Shown here piece after piece: positions 8,700 to 16,568 of a stretch of 64,000 nt of DNA. Under the pieces are notes generated by a model that did no database searches, was not told where the DNA came from, and saw only the letters and a program-made list of their open reading frames with translations. The DNA is from Candidatus Latescibacterota bacterium (GTDB taxonomy: Bacteria; JAAXHH01), in assembly GCA_022821085.1 (NCBI GenBank), contig JAJEEG010000006.1, forward strand, positions 689,330-753,329, written 5' to 3'. Positions within the stretch are counted from its first letter, which is position 1. The number at the start of each line of letters is the position of its first letter. The translations under genes and the position numbers were made by a program.

Positions 8700-9905
8700 T
8701 CAGGCCAGACTGACCGCGGGGAACGCCCGCTTGCGCAAACGGAACCGCGACATCTGCCGGCCGATGCGGTCGAGCGCGGTCCGGATCTGGGTCTCGTCGC
8801 CGTTGAAGGCCATTCGGACGTATCCTTCGCCGTATTCGCCCAGGTATGCGCCGGGCACGACGAACACGCCCGCCTTGCGCAACAGGATGCTGAATCGAAC
8901 GGAGGAATAGCGGGGCGGTACCGGAAGCCAGACGTAAGGTCCGCCTCCGGGCGCGGGCAGGTGCCAGCCGAGGTCCCGCAGCCCCGTTATCATCAGGTCC
9001 CTCTGCGACCCGCACCGGGAAACCATGGCTTCCACGTGCCGGTCCAGGCGGGGAAACTCCGCGGCCGCGGCCGCGAGCAGGCCGGGCAGCAGCGGGGCAT
9101 GCAGATGGGAGGTCAACTGGGACATGGCGGCCAGCGCGGAAGGATTGCCCACCGCCACACCCAGGTCGCGGAACATGCCGCCGGGCAGCACGGAAAGGGA
9201 GAACAGTTCGATGCCCACGTTCATTGCGCCGGGCGTCTGCAGGAGGCTCGGGGCTTCGACCCCGTCGTACGTCAGAAAATGCTGCGTCGCGTCGTGACAG
9301 ACGATGATGTTGTGCCTGCGCGCGAAGTCGATGAGTTCCCGGAAGAACGAATGGTCCGCGACTACTCCGGTCGGGTCGTTGGGAAAACCGACGTACATCA
9401 GCTTCGCCTGCCCGGCGATACGGGGTTCGATCTGCTTCAGGTTGGGCAGGAAATCGTTCCGCCCGTGCAGGGGATAGGACTGGATCCGTCCGTTCGCCAG
9501 CACGACGCTGGTCCGGTACGCCGGGTGGGAGGGGTCGGGCGCCAGCACGGTTTCGCCGGGATTGACCAGTGCCATGGCCACGCAGGCCGGGCCGACCGCA
9601 GAACCCGCAAAGGGCAGGACCTGGGTCTCCGGATCGATCTCCACGTCGAAGCGGTACGCGAACCAGTTGCTGAATGCCCTGCGGAACGCGTCGCCGGCGA
9701 GCCGGGACGTCTCGGCCGAATCGGCGTCGAAGGTCTTCTCGATGGCATCCTGCCGCGTGGGAGGGTCGGCAGCGCCCGTGGTCAGATCTATGGGCTCGAT
9801 CCCCCTTGCGGCCAGTCTTCTCAAGTATCGGGAATGTTCCAGGGGCCGGTTCAGCGGGATCTGGTGAAGCCGTTCCGCGCGTTCTATAACCACCGGGTTT
9901 CTCAT
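8700..9905 (-). CDS. Class I/II PLP-dependent aminotransferase (LL-DAP / aspartate aminotransferase-like)
   Basis: Fold-type I aminotransferase features (GFPNDPTG..., KLMYVGFPN). The tracked ORF starts 18 codons earlier inside a duplicated 19-bp element. ATG 9905 (MRNPVVIERAERL) has a GGAG RBS and is preferred. Confidence 0.75.
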   Translation of the reverse strand: MRNPVVIERAERLHQIPLNRPLEHSRYLRRLAARGIEPIDLTTGAADPPTRQDAIEKTFDADSAETSRLAGDAFRRAFSNWFAYRFDVEIDPETQVLPFAGSAVGPACVAMALVNPGETVLAPDPSHPAYRTSVVLANGRIQSYPLHGRNDFLPNLKQIEPRIAGQAKLMYVGFPNDPTGVVADHSFFRELIDFARRHNIIVCHDATQHFLTYDGVEAPSLLQTPGAMNVGIELFSLSVLPGGMFRDLGVAVGNPSALAAMSQLTSHLHAPLLPGLLAAAAAEFPRLDRHVEAMVSRCGSQRDLMITGLRDLGWHLPAPGGGPYVWLPVPPRYSSVRFSILLRKAGVFVVPGAYLGEYGEGYVRMAFNGDETQIRTALDRIGRQMSRFRLRKRAFPAVSLA

Positions 9906-9914
9906 GGTCGCTCC

Positions 9915-9950
9915 GTTGCCCAGGGCCTGTTTTCGTTGCCCAGGGCCTGT
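9915..9950. repeat. Tandem duplication of a 17-19 bp motif (CGTTGCCCAGGGCCTGT x 2) directly upstream of the aminotransferase start
   Basis: Two identical copies 19 bp apart. Each contains the palindromic core GCCCAGGGC. Confidence 0.85.
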
Positions 9951-10010
9951 CTTTCGCATCCGCCGCCGGTCTCGGGGAATATAGATTCAGCGACCGGCCG
10001 TAGCAAGAGA

Positions 10011-10036
10011 AAACCCCCGGTGGAGCCACCGGGGGT
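10011..10036 (-). terminator. Rho-independent terminator downstream of groEL
   Basis: The minus-strand RNA forms CCCCCGGUGG-cuc-CACCGGGGG followed by UUUUCUCUU. Lies about 50 nt after the groEL stop. Confidence 0.75.
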
Positions 10037-10086
10037 TGATTACCCGGAACCGGTCGGGGGACCGGTTCGTCATCGAAGCGTTCCGC

Positions 10087-11709
10087 TTAGTACATGCCGC
10101 CGCCGTGGGGCATGGCCGGAGGCGGGTTGTCTTCGGGGAGTTCCGCCACCAGCGCTTCGGTGGTCAGCAGCAGGCCGGCGATGCTCGCGGCGTGCTGCAG
10201 CGCTACGCGGGAGACCTTGGCGGGCTCGATCACGCCCGTTTCGGACATGTCGCCGTAGGTATCGGATTCGAAGTTGTAACCGTATCCGCCTTCGCCTTCC
10301 CGGATCTTCTGCAGGATGATGGAACCTTCAAGGCCGGCGTTCTCCGCCAACTGCCTCACGGGCGCCTCGAGCGCCTTGCGCACGATGCCGGCGCCTACTG
10401 TTTCGTCCCCTTCGGTGGCCAGTCCGTTGTCCAGCGCGGAGAGCGCGCGGATGAACGTGACGCCGCCTCCCGGGACGACCCCTTCCTCGATGGCCGCCTT
10501 GGCGTTGTTCAGGGCGTCCTCGACGCGGGCTTTCTTCTCCTTCATCTCGGCTTCCGTCGCGGCGCCCACGTTGATGACGGCCACGCCGCCCGCCAGCTTG
10601 GCCAGGCGTTCCTGGAGCTTCTCCCGGTCGTAATCGGAGGTGGTTTCCTCGATCTGGGCGCGGATCTGGTTGATGCGCCCCTGGATCGCGTCGGTGCCGC
10701 CGGCGCCTTCCACGATCGTCGTGTTGTCCTTGTCGAGGTTGACGCGCTTGGCCGTGCCCAGGTCGCCCACGGTCACGTTTTCCAGCTTGAAACCGGCGTC
10801 CTCGGAGATGACCGTGCCCCCGGTCAGGATGGAGATGTCCTCGAGCATGGCCTTCCGGCGGTCGCCGAACCCGGGCGCCTTGACCGCGGCGACTTTCAGG
10901 GTGCCGCGAAGCTTGTTGACCACCAGCAGGGCAAGGGCCTCGCCCTCGATGTCCTCGGCGATGATCAGCAGCGGGGAGCCGCTCTGTGCGATCTTCTCGA
11001 CGACGGGATAGATATCCTTGACGGCGCTGATCTTCTTGTCGTGAATCAGGATCTTCGTGTCTTCGAGTACGGCTTCCATGGACTCGGAATCGGTCACGAA
11101 GTAAGGCGAAAGGTAACCGCGGTCGAACTGCATGCCCTCCACGACGTCGAGGGAGGTTTCCATGCTCTTGGCCTCTTCGACCGTGATGACGCCGTCCTTG
11201 CCCACTTTTTCCATCGCGTCCGCGATCAGGTCGCCGATGGCGGCGTCGCCATGGGCCGAAACGGTGGCGGTCTCCGAAATTTCCTTCCGTCCTTCCACGG
11301 CCTTCGACATTTCAGCAATCGAACCGACCACCGCGGACACGGCCTTGTCGATGCCCCGCTTCAGATCCATGGGATTGGCGCCGGAAGTCACGTTACGCAA
11401 GCCTTCCGCGTAGATGGCCTGGGCGAGCACGGTGGCCGTGGTCGTCCCGTCGCCGGCCACGTCGCTCGTCTTCGACGCGGCTTCCTTGATCATCTGGGCG
11501 CCCATGTTTTCGTAATTGTCCTCGAGCTCGATTTCCTTCGCCACCGTGACACCGTCCAGCGTGAAGGTGGGCGAACCGAATTTCTTGTCGAGCACGACGC
11601 ATCGTCCCTTGGGACCCATGGTGACACGGACCGCGTCAGCCAGGGCGTCCACGCCGCGTTTGAGGGCCTGCCGGGCATCGGCGTCGAAAGAAAGTTGTTT
11701 TGCTGGCAC
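10087..11709 (-). CDS. groEL: Chaperonin GroEL (60 kDa), with no adjacent groES
   Basis: 540 aa product. Full-length GroEL with a C-terminal GGM-type tail ([12 protein letters not shown]). No GroES-like ORF in the 390 nt upstream. Confidence 0.97.
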   Translation of the reverse strand: MPAKQLSFDADARQALKRGVDALADAVRVTMGPKGRCVVLDKKFGSPTFTLDGVTVAKEIELEDNYENMGAQMIKEAASKTSDVAGDGTTTATVLAQAIYAEGLRNVTSGANPMDLKRGIDKAVSAVVGSIAEMSKAVEGRKEISETATVSAHGDAAIGDLIADAMEKVGKDGVITVEEAKSMETSLDVVEGMQFDRGYLSPYFVTDSESMEAVLEDTKILIHDKKISAVKDIYPVVEKIAQSGSPLLIIAEDIEGEALALLVVNKLRGTLKVAAVKAPGFGDRRKAMLEDISILTGGTVISEDAGFKLENVTVGDLGTAKRVNLDKDNTTIVEGAGGTDAIQGRINQIRAQIEETTSDYDREKLQERLAKLAGGVAVINVGAATEAEMKEKKARVEDALNNAKAAIEEGVVPGGGVTFIRALSALDNGLATEGDETVGAGIVRKALEAPVRQLAENAGLEGSIILQKIREGEGGYGYNFESDTYGDMSETGVIEPAKVSRVALQHAASIAGLLLTTEALVAELPEDNPPPAMPHGGGMY

Positions 11710-11840
11710 TTCTGCTACCCCCTATGTTGCGCCGGGTGGTACCGGGCGATTCCGAGCAAGGCGAACAGGCTTGGCTGTACGCACTTCTGAGTCGTCTAAA
11801 TACTTGTATATTCAACAAGTAGCAATACTTAAATTAGCAC

Positions 11841-11867
11841 TCTAACTTCCAGTCTGCTAATATATGA
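11841..11867. promoter_or_regulatory. CIRCE-like HrcA operator (TTAGCACTC-N9-GTCTGCTAA) upstream of groEL
   Basis: The left half matches the CIRCE consensus TTAGCACTC exactly. The right half matches GAGTGCTAA at 7 of 9 positions. It lies about 130 nt upstream of the groEL ATG in an AT-rich promoter region. Confidence 0.6.
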
Positions 11868-12099
11868 AGGGTCGCTGGATGATGCAAGTTTTTTTTGGTT
11901 TGGGTCGCCTGCGGATTTGGACATTCGCGGGGGATTTGACGATGTAAGGCGCTTGCGGGTTATTCGGAAGATAGGTGGCGCTTGCGTGCGTATCCAGCGC
12001 GCGTGCCTTGCGTATCCACTGACAGACAGGTTGATAGCGGCCGGCTTATCGACAGGAAGCGCTCCAGCCTGAGGCCGGCGTCCGATCCTCTGCCGCGAA

Positions 12100-12951
12100 T
12101 CAGGCGTTCCGCCGCAGCACGGCGATATAGATCAGCGCGGTGGCGAACATGATCAGGCTGTAGGTCGCCGCCGGCATGGTTGCGAGCCCGCCGCCGAACA
12201 GCATAACCGCGACCGCGATCGCGAGCGTCCCGTTCTGGATGCCGCATTCGATCGCAACGGCGGTCCGCTGGGTCGGTCCGGAGGCAAACGTCCGGGCGAG
12301 CATCCAGGCGAGTGTCATCATCAGCAAGTTGAGGACGAGTGTGACCAGCCCGGCCTGCGCGAAATAGGGGACGATGTTGGCGCGTTGATCGTAGATCGCG
12401 CCGGCGAGAACGAGCATCAGCAGCACCGCGGAGACCTTGCGGGCTGCAGGTTGGAACCGAACTGCGAAGCCTTCCGCAAAGCGGCGGATAACAAGACCGA
12501 TCAGCACCGGAACGGCGACGATCATGAAAACGCCGAGCGCGGCGCCGGCGACCGAAATGTCCTGCCCCGCCGAATCACCGATGAACTGCCCGTAGGCGAA
12601 GACCACGATGACCGGAATGGTGATCACGCTTGCCAGACTGATCACCGCGGTCAGCGAGATCGACAGCGCGACATCGCCGCGCGCAAACGCGGTCAGGATA
12701 TTGGAGGTCGGGCCGCCCGGCGCGGCGGCGATGATCATCAGGCCCAACGCGAGCTCCGGCGCCAGCGGCCAGGCGCTGGCGAGGACGAAGGCAACCGCCG
12801 GCAGCAGGACGATCTGGGAGAGGGCACCCACCACGAAGTCGCGCGGCCGGCGTACCACCCGGGCGAAATCATCGAAGGTGAGACCGAGCCCAAGCCCGAA
12901 CATGATGAAGGCGAGCGCCAGCGGCAGCCCGACGTCGACAAGTAATCCCAT
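12100..12951 (-). CDS. Bile acid:sodium symporter (BASS/AEC-like) family transporter
   Basis: About 283 aa. Multi-TM protein with BASS-like motifs (MFGLGLGLTFDDF, GGPTSNILT). Probable start at internal MGLLVDVGLPLAL rather than 13002. Confidence 0.65.
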   Translation of the reverse strand: MGLLVDVGLPLALAFIMFGLGLGLTFDDFARVVRRPRDFVVGALSQIVLLPAVAFVLASAWPLAPELALGLMIIAAAPGGPTSNILTAFARGDVALSISLTAVISLASVITIPVIVVFAYGQFIGDSAGQDISVAGAALGVFMIVAVPVLIGLVIRRFAEGFAVRFQPAARKVSAVLLMLVLAGAIYDQRANIVPYFAQAGLVTLVLNLLMMTLAWMLARTFASGPTQRTAVAIECGIQNGTLAIAVAVMLFGGGLATMPAATYSLIMFATALIYIAVLRRNA

Positions 12952-13119
12952 GACGATTGGTCTCCCTTCGGTTGACGACCATGGCCGTGCGTGGCGGACC
13001 ACGGAGGGCCGGGGCGGCGCGGCATGCCGCCCCCTGGAGGCCGGGTACGTCGTCTATCGCGCGGGTGTCTAGGCCGAGAAGACGTTCGCCGCCCGTCAGA
13101 CGGATGGACTTTCCCTGGT

Positions 13120-13265
13120 TTATGCCGTGCCAGTGGACGTGCGGCCATCTACCGATCTCGCTCGGGATGAACGCCGATTCCGTTGATCAAATTTACCTCG
13201 ATCCGCCATTCAATCGCAATGCCAATTATGCCGCAAAAGTGGTTGTATGTTATGGTCGGATGTGA
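13120..13265 (+). pseudogene. Remnant of a DNA methyltransferase N-terminus (N6-adenine/N4-cytosine MTase DPPY motif region)
   Basis: Reads ...CGHLPISLGMNADSVDQIYLDPPFNRNANYAA, then stops after about 10 more codons. This matches the 'SVDLIxTDPPY/F-N' motif IV region of beta-class amino-MTases. The local GC (about 45%) is well below the genome background. It sits in the transporter/birA intergenic region. Confidence 0.55.
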
Positions 13266-14089
13266 TTGCGGAGTCTGATGGATCCGGAACGGATGACGAG
13301 GGGGCCACCGGCCTTGCGATCGAGCACCAGGCCGCCCTCCTCATCGATGCGGGTAACGCGCCCGGCGGATCCGGCGGGGCTGTCGGCCTCGACTATCATG
13401 CCTCGCCATGCGAGACGGGCGTCGACTTCCGCGATGAGAGAAGCCGGTCCGTTTGCCAGGTATTGCCCGTAAGCGGATTCGAAGGAGGCCAGAATGGCCA
13501 GGAACAGTTCCTCGCGACCTGCGGATCGGCCCGACTCGATGCGCAGCGAAGTGGCGGATGCGGAAAGCTCGTCGGGGAACTGTTCACGGGTGTGGTTTAC
13601 GTTGATCCCCATGCCGACCACGATGACCGGGTCGTCTCCGGACACGACCCGGGACTCCGCCAGGATGCCGGCGACCTTGCGTCCTCCCATGAGCAGGTCG
13701 TTGGGCCACTTGATCTTCACGTTCTCGCCGGCGGTCGCCTCCAGGACGCGGGCCGCGGCCGCGGCCGCACACAACGTCAGCGGTGGCGTCCGGGCGGCGG
13801 ACAGCCGGGGCCGGAGCAGGACGGAAGCCCAGATCCCGCATCCGGGGGGCGAGAACCACCCGTAACCGCGGCGGCCCCTGCCGGCCGACTGCTCATCGGC
13901 AAGGCAGACTGTCCCATGGGGCGCGGCCTGTTCGGCCATGCCCAGGATCACGTCATTGGTAGACCCCACCCGCTCGTGGTATTCCAGTACCCGGCCGAAG
14001 ATCCGCGATGACAGCTTCGAACGCATGCGGTCCGCGTCGTACAGGTCCTGGCGTTCTGCCAACTCTTCGCTCGGGGAAGGGGGTTTCAT
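13250..14089 (-). CDS. birA: Biotin-[acetyl-CoA-carboxylase] ligase
   Basis: BPL catalytic-domain motifs are present (GRGRRGYGWFSP, KWPNDLL, KVAGIL). No obvious N-terminal HTH, so it may be a group I enzyme. Confidence 0.8.
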   Translation of the reverse strand: MKPPSPSEELAERQDLYDADRMRSKLSSRIFGRVLEYHERVGSTNDVILGMAEQAAPHGTVCLADEQSAGRGRRGYGWFSPPGCGIWASVLLRPRLSAARTPPLTLCAAAAAARVLEATAGENVKIKWPNDLLMGGRKVAGILAESRVVSGDDPVIVVGMGINVNHTREQFPDELSASATSLRIESGRSAGREELFLAILASFESAYGQYLANGPASLIAEVDARLAWRGMIVEADSPAGSAGRVTRIDEEGGLVLDRKAGGPLVIRSGSIRLRNHIRP

Positions 14090-14102
14090 CGTCGTTCCGA
14101 TT

Positions 14103-14981
14103 TCAGGCGGTCTCCCTTATGTTCAGGCTGATATCGAGCGCCGGCGCGGAATGGGTCAGGGCGCCGACGGATATCACGTCGACGCCGGTTTTCGCGATCT
14201 CCTCGAGCCGGTCCAGCTTGATCGCTCCCGACGCTTCGACCACGATGGACCGATCCGCCGCGGCCAGCGCGCGGATCCGGCCGACCGCCGTCCGCATTTC
14301 CCCAGTGCTCATGTTGTCCAGCATGATCCAGTCCGCCCCGCTGCGCACGGCCTCCTCGACCTGGTCCAGGCCGCTCGTCTCCACCTCGATGTCGTACCGC
14401 CTGCCCGAGTGCTCCATGTTCGACCTGCATCTGTGCACCGCGGCGGCGATGCCTCCCGCGGCGGCGATGTGGTTGTCCTTGATCAGCACCATGTCGAAGA
14501 GACCGTGGCGGTGATTGGCTCCGCCCCCGTGCAGTACGGCCCTTTTCTCCAGGTCGCGGAGACCGGGCGTGGTCTTGCGGGTATCCACGATGCGCGCGCC
14601 GGTGTTCCGCACGGCATCGACGTATTGCCGGGTCATGGTGGCGATGCCGGAAAGGTGGCGCATGAAGTTGAGCGCCGTTCGTTCGCCGGTGAGCAACGAC
14701 CGCGCGGCGCCCCGAACTTCGGCGATGGGCTGGCCGGGTTCCACCTGGTCGCCATCGGCCAGCAAGGTACGGAACTGCAGGCCGGGGTCCACCGCCCGGA
14801 ACGTGAGGCTCGCCGGTTCGAGGCCGGACAGGACACCGGGCTGCCCGGCCTCGAACCGGGCACAAGCCACTGCGTCGGGCGCCAGCGTCCAATCGGTAGT
14901 GACGTCGCCGTCTCCCACGTCTTCCCGCAGGGCGCGGGCCACGATTTCCTCAAGCGACACCGGATCGAAGTTCGTGTCCAC
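14103..14981 (-). CDS. nadC: Nicotinate-nucleotide (quinolinate) phosphoribosyltransferase. The tracked ORF extends to 15059, but the likely start is a GTG/TTG near 14981
   Basis: QPRTase motifs (ALREDVGDGDVTT, LTGERTALNFM, IMLDNM). The long 5' extension overlaps nnr and is probably spurious. Confidence 0.8.
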   Translation of the reverse strand: MDTNFDPVSLEEIVARALREDVGDGDVTTDWTLAPDAVACARFEAGQPGVLSGLEPASLTFRAVDPGLQFRTLLADGDQVEPGQPIAEVRGAARSLLTGERTALNFMRHLSGIATMTRQYVDAVRNTGARIVDTRKTTPGLRDLEKRAVLHGGGANHRHGLFDMVLIKDNHIAAAGGIAAAVHRCRSNMEHSGRRYDIEVETSGLDQVEEAVRSGADWIMLDNMSTGEMRTAVGRIRALAAADRSIVVEASGAIKLDRLEEIAKTGVDVISVGALTHSAPALDISLNIRETA

Positions 14982-14994
14982 GGAATCCTGCTTT

Positions 14995-16542
14995 CTAGGG
15001 TGTAATCCGCCCTTCGCCCGTACGCAGGAACGCAGCGGGCAAATAGTCGATGAGATCACCGGCCACCAGGCTGTGCGGCCCCATGGCTTCCGCGCCGAGA
15101 TCGCCGGCCAGGCCGTGGAGGTATACCCCCAGGCGGGCTGCGTCCCATGCGCAGAGGCCCTGCCCGACCAGGGCCGCGATGAGGCCGGTCAGCACGTCAC
15201 CCGATCCGGCGGTGGCCATACCCGGATTCCCCGTGGGATTCACCGAGACCTGCCCACCGGGAGAAGCCACCAGCGAGGCTGCGCCTTTGAGCACGAGCGT
15301 GACCTGCAGGGAACCGGCGGCCTGTCTCGCGGCGCCGACCCGGTCCGCCTCGATGTCGTCTGCGGCCATGCCGGTCAGCCTTGACAACTCGAACACGTGG
15401 GGCGTCATGATGATTTCCGGTGCCGTGCCGGCCAGGCCGTCCGGTTTTCCTGCGAAGGCGTTCACCCCGTCGGCGTCGATGACGACCGGCCGCTCACTGT
15501 TCGATACGACGCGGCGGACCAGCGCGGCGGTTTCCTCGTGGCGCGTGAGACCCGGACCGATGGCCAGCACGTCGGCCCAGGAGAGCAGTGCCTCGATGTC
15601 GGACCCGGCGGCGATAGAAATCGTTCCTTCGGTGGTTTCGGGCAGGCCGCGAAGCATCACTTCCGTGTGCCTGGCCGTCAGGGCATCCATCAGGCCCGCG
15701 GGCGCTCCGAGCATGACCATGCCCGCACCGCCGCGCAGGGCCGCGCGGGAAGCGAGCGTGGCCGCTCCCGCCATGCCCCCCGAGCCGGCGACGACGGTGA
15801 CCTTTCCGCGGCTTCCCTTGTGGTCGCCGGGCCGATGAACCGGGATCAGGTCGGTCATCTCGCTTCGCTCGGGCATGGAGAGGTACAACCCCTCCGCCTC
15901 TACGGCCGAATCGGGAAAGCCGATGTCCGCGACTTCCAGGCCGCCGCACCAGGAACGGCCGGGGAAGGTGGCGAGGTCGACCTTCATCAGGCCGATCGCG
16001 AGGGTATGGTCGGCGCGCACGCAGGTCCATTCCGCGCGGGGGCGGGACTGGGGAAATCCGCAACCGGGCGCCAGGCCCGAAGGGGTGTCGACGGAGAGCA
16101 CGGGGGAAGGACTGAGATTGATTTCCGAGATGGCGGCACCGTATGGATCGCGCGGTGGTCCCTTCAACCCGGTGCCGAGGAGCGCGTCGATGATCAGCGC
16201 CGGAGGCCGGTCGGGCAATGCCAGCGGACCGTCGGGCCGGAAGTCCGGGACCACGCCGGCTTCTTCGAGCCGTTCCAGGTGCTTCGCGGCGTCGACCGGC
16301 AGGGCCCGCCTGGCGGCGAGCACGTGGCAGCTCACCGAAGCGCCCCACAGGTGGAGATAGCGGGCGGCCACGAATCCGTCTCCGCCGTTGTTCCCCTTTC
16401 CGCACGCCACGGCGACCGCCTGGCCAGCCACGCCGTCCAGCAGCTGCCGCGCGGTTTCCGCCACCCGGCAGCCCGCCCGTTCCATGAGTTCGTAGCCGGA
16501 CAGGCCGTAGTCTTCGATGGTGCGGCGGTCGATCGACCGCAT
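14995..16542 (-). CDS. nnr: Bifunctional NAD(P)H-hydrate repair enzyme (NnrE epimerase + NnrD dehydratase; YjeF N+C)
   Basis: N-terminal YjeF-N (MRSIDRRTIEDYG...CGKGNNGGDG) and C-terminal carbohydrate-kinase-like YjeF-C (GSRGKVTVVAGSGGMAGAA...GDVLTG). Start taken at MRSIDRR. Confidence 0.85.
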   Translation of the reverse strand: MRSIDRRTIEDYGLSGYELMERAGCRVAETARQLLDGVAGQAVAVACGKGNNGGDGFVAARYLHLWGASVSCHVLAARRALPVDAAKHLERLEEAGVVPDFRPDGPLALPDRPPALIIDALLGTGLKGPPRDPYGAAISEINLSPSPVLSVDTPSGLAPGCGFPQSRPRAEWTCVRADHTLAIGLMKVDLATFPGRSWCGGLEVADIGFPDSAVEAEGLYLSMPERSEMTDLIPVHRPGDHKGSRGKVTVVAGSGGMAGAATLASRAALRGGAGMVMLGAPAGLMDALTARHTEVMLRGLPETTEGTISIAAGSDIEALLSWADVLAIGPGLTRHEETAALVRRVVSNSERPVVIDADGVNAFAGKPDGLAGTAPEIIMTPHVFELSRLTGMAADDIEADRVGAARQAAGSLQVTLVLKGAASLVASPGGQVSVNPTGNPGMATAGSGDVLTGLIAALVGQGLCAWDAARLGVYLHGLAGDLGAEAMGPHSLVAGDLIDYLPAAFLRTGEGRITP

Positions 16543-16568
16543 CTGGAGCGTGGTACAGAGCCTCATGG

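Noticed and set aside
8649-10319. Long ORFs antisense to real genes throughout the window, for example 8649-10319 + (556 aa), 10036-11790 + (584 aa, opposite groEL), 13938-15005 +, 15397-16701 +, and 20878-23325 - (815 aa, opposite the hybrid HK)
   Set aside because: High GC content suppresses stop codons in all frames. These products are low-complexity and Arg/Gly/Pro-rich, lack domain signatures, and lie opposite strongly supported genes.
11710-12099. groES upstream of groEL
   Set aside because: The only ORF (11960-12247 -, 95 aa) has no GroES similarity and overlaps the transporter gene end.
12957-13265. Treating the whole 102-aa + strand ORF as an intact gene
   Set aside because: Only the last about 35 residues resemble a methyltransferase. 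The rest is high-GC read-through of the transporter start region. It is reported as a remnant.
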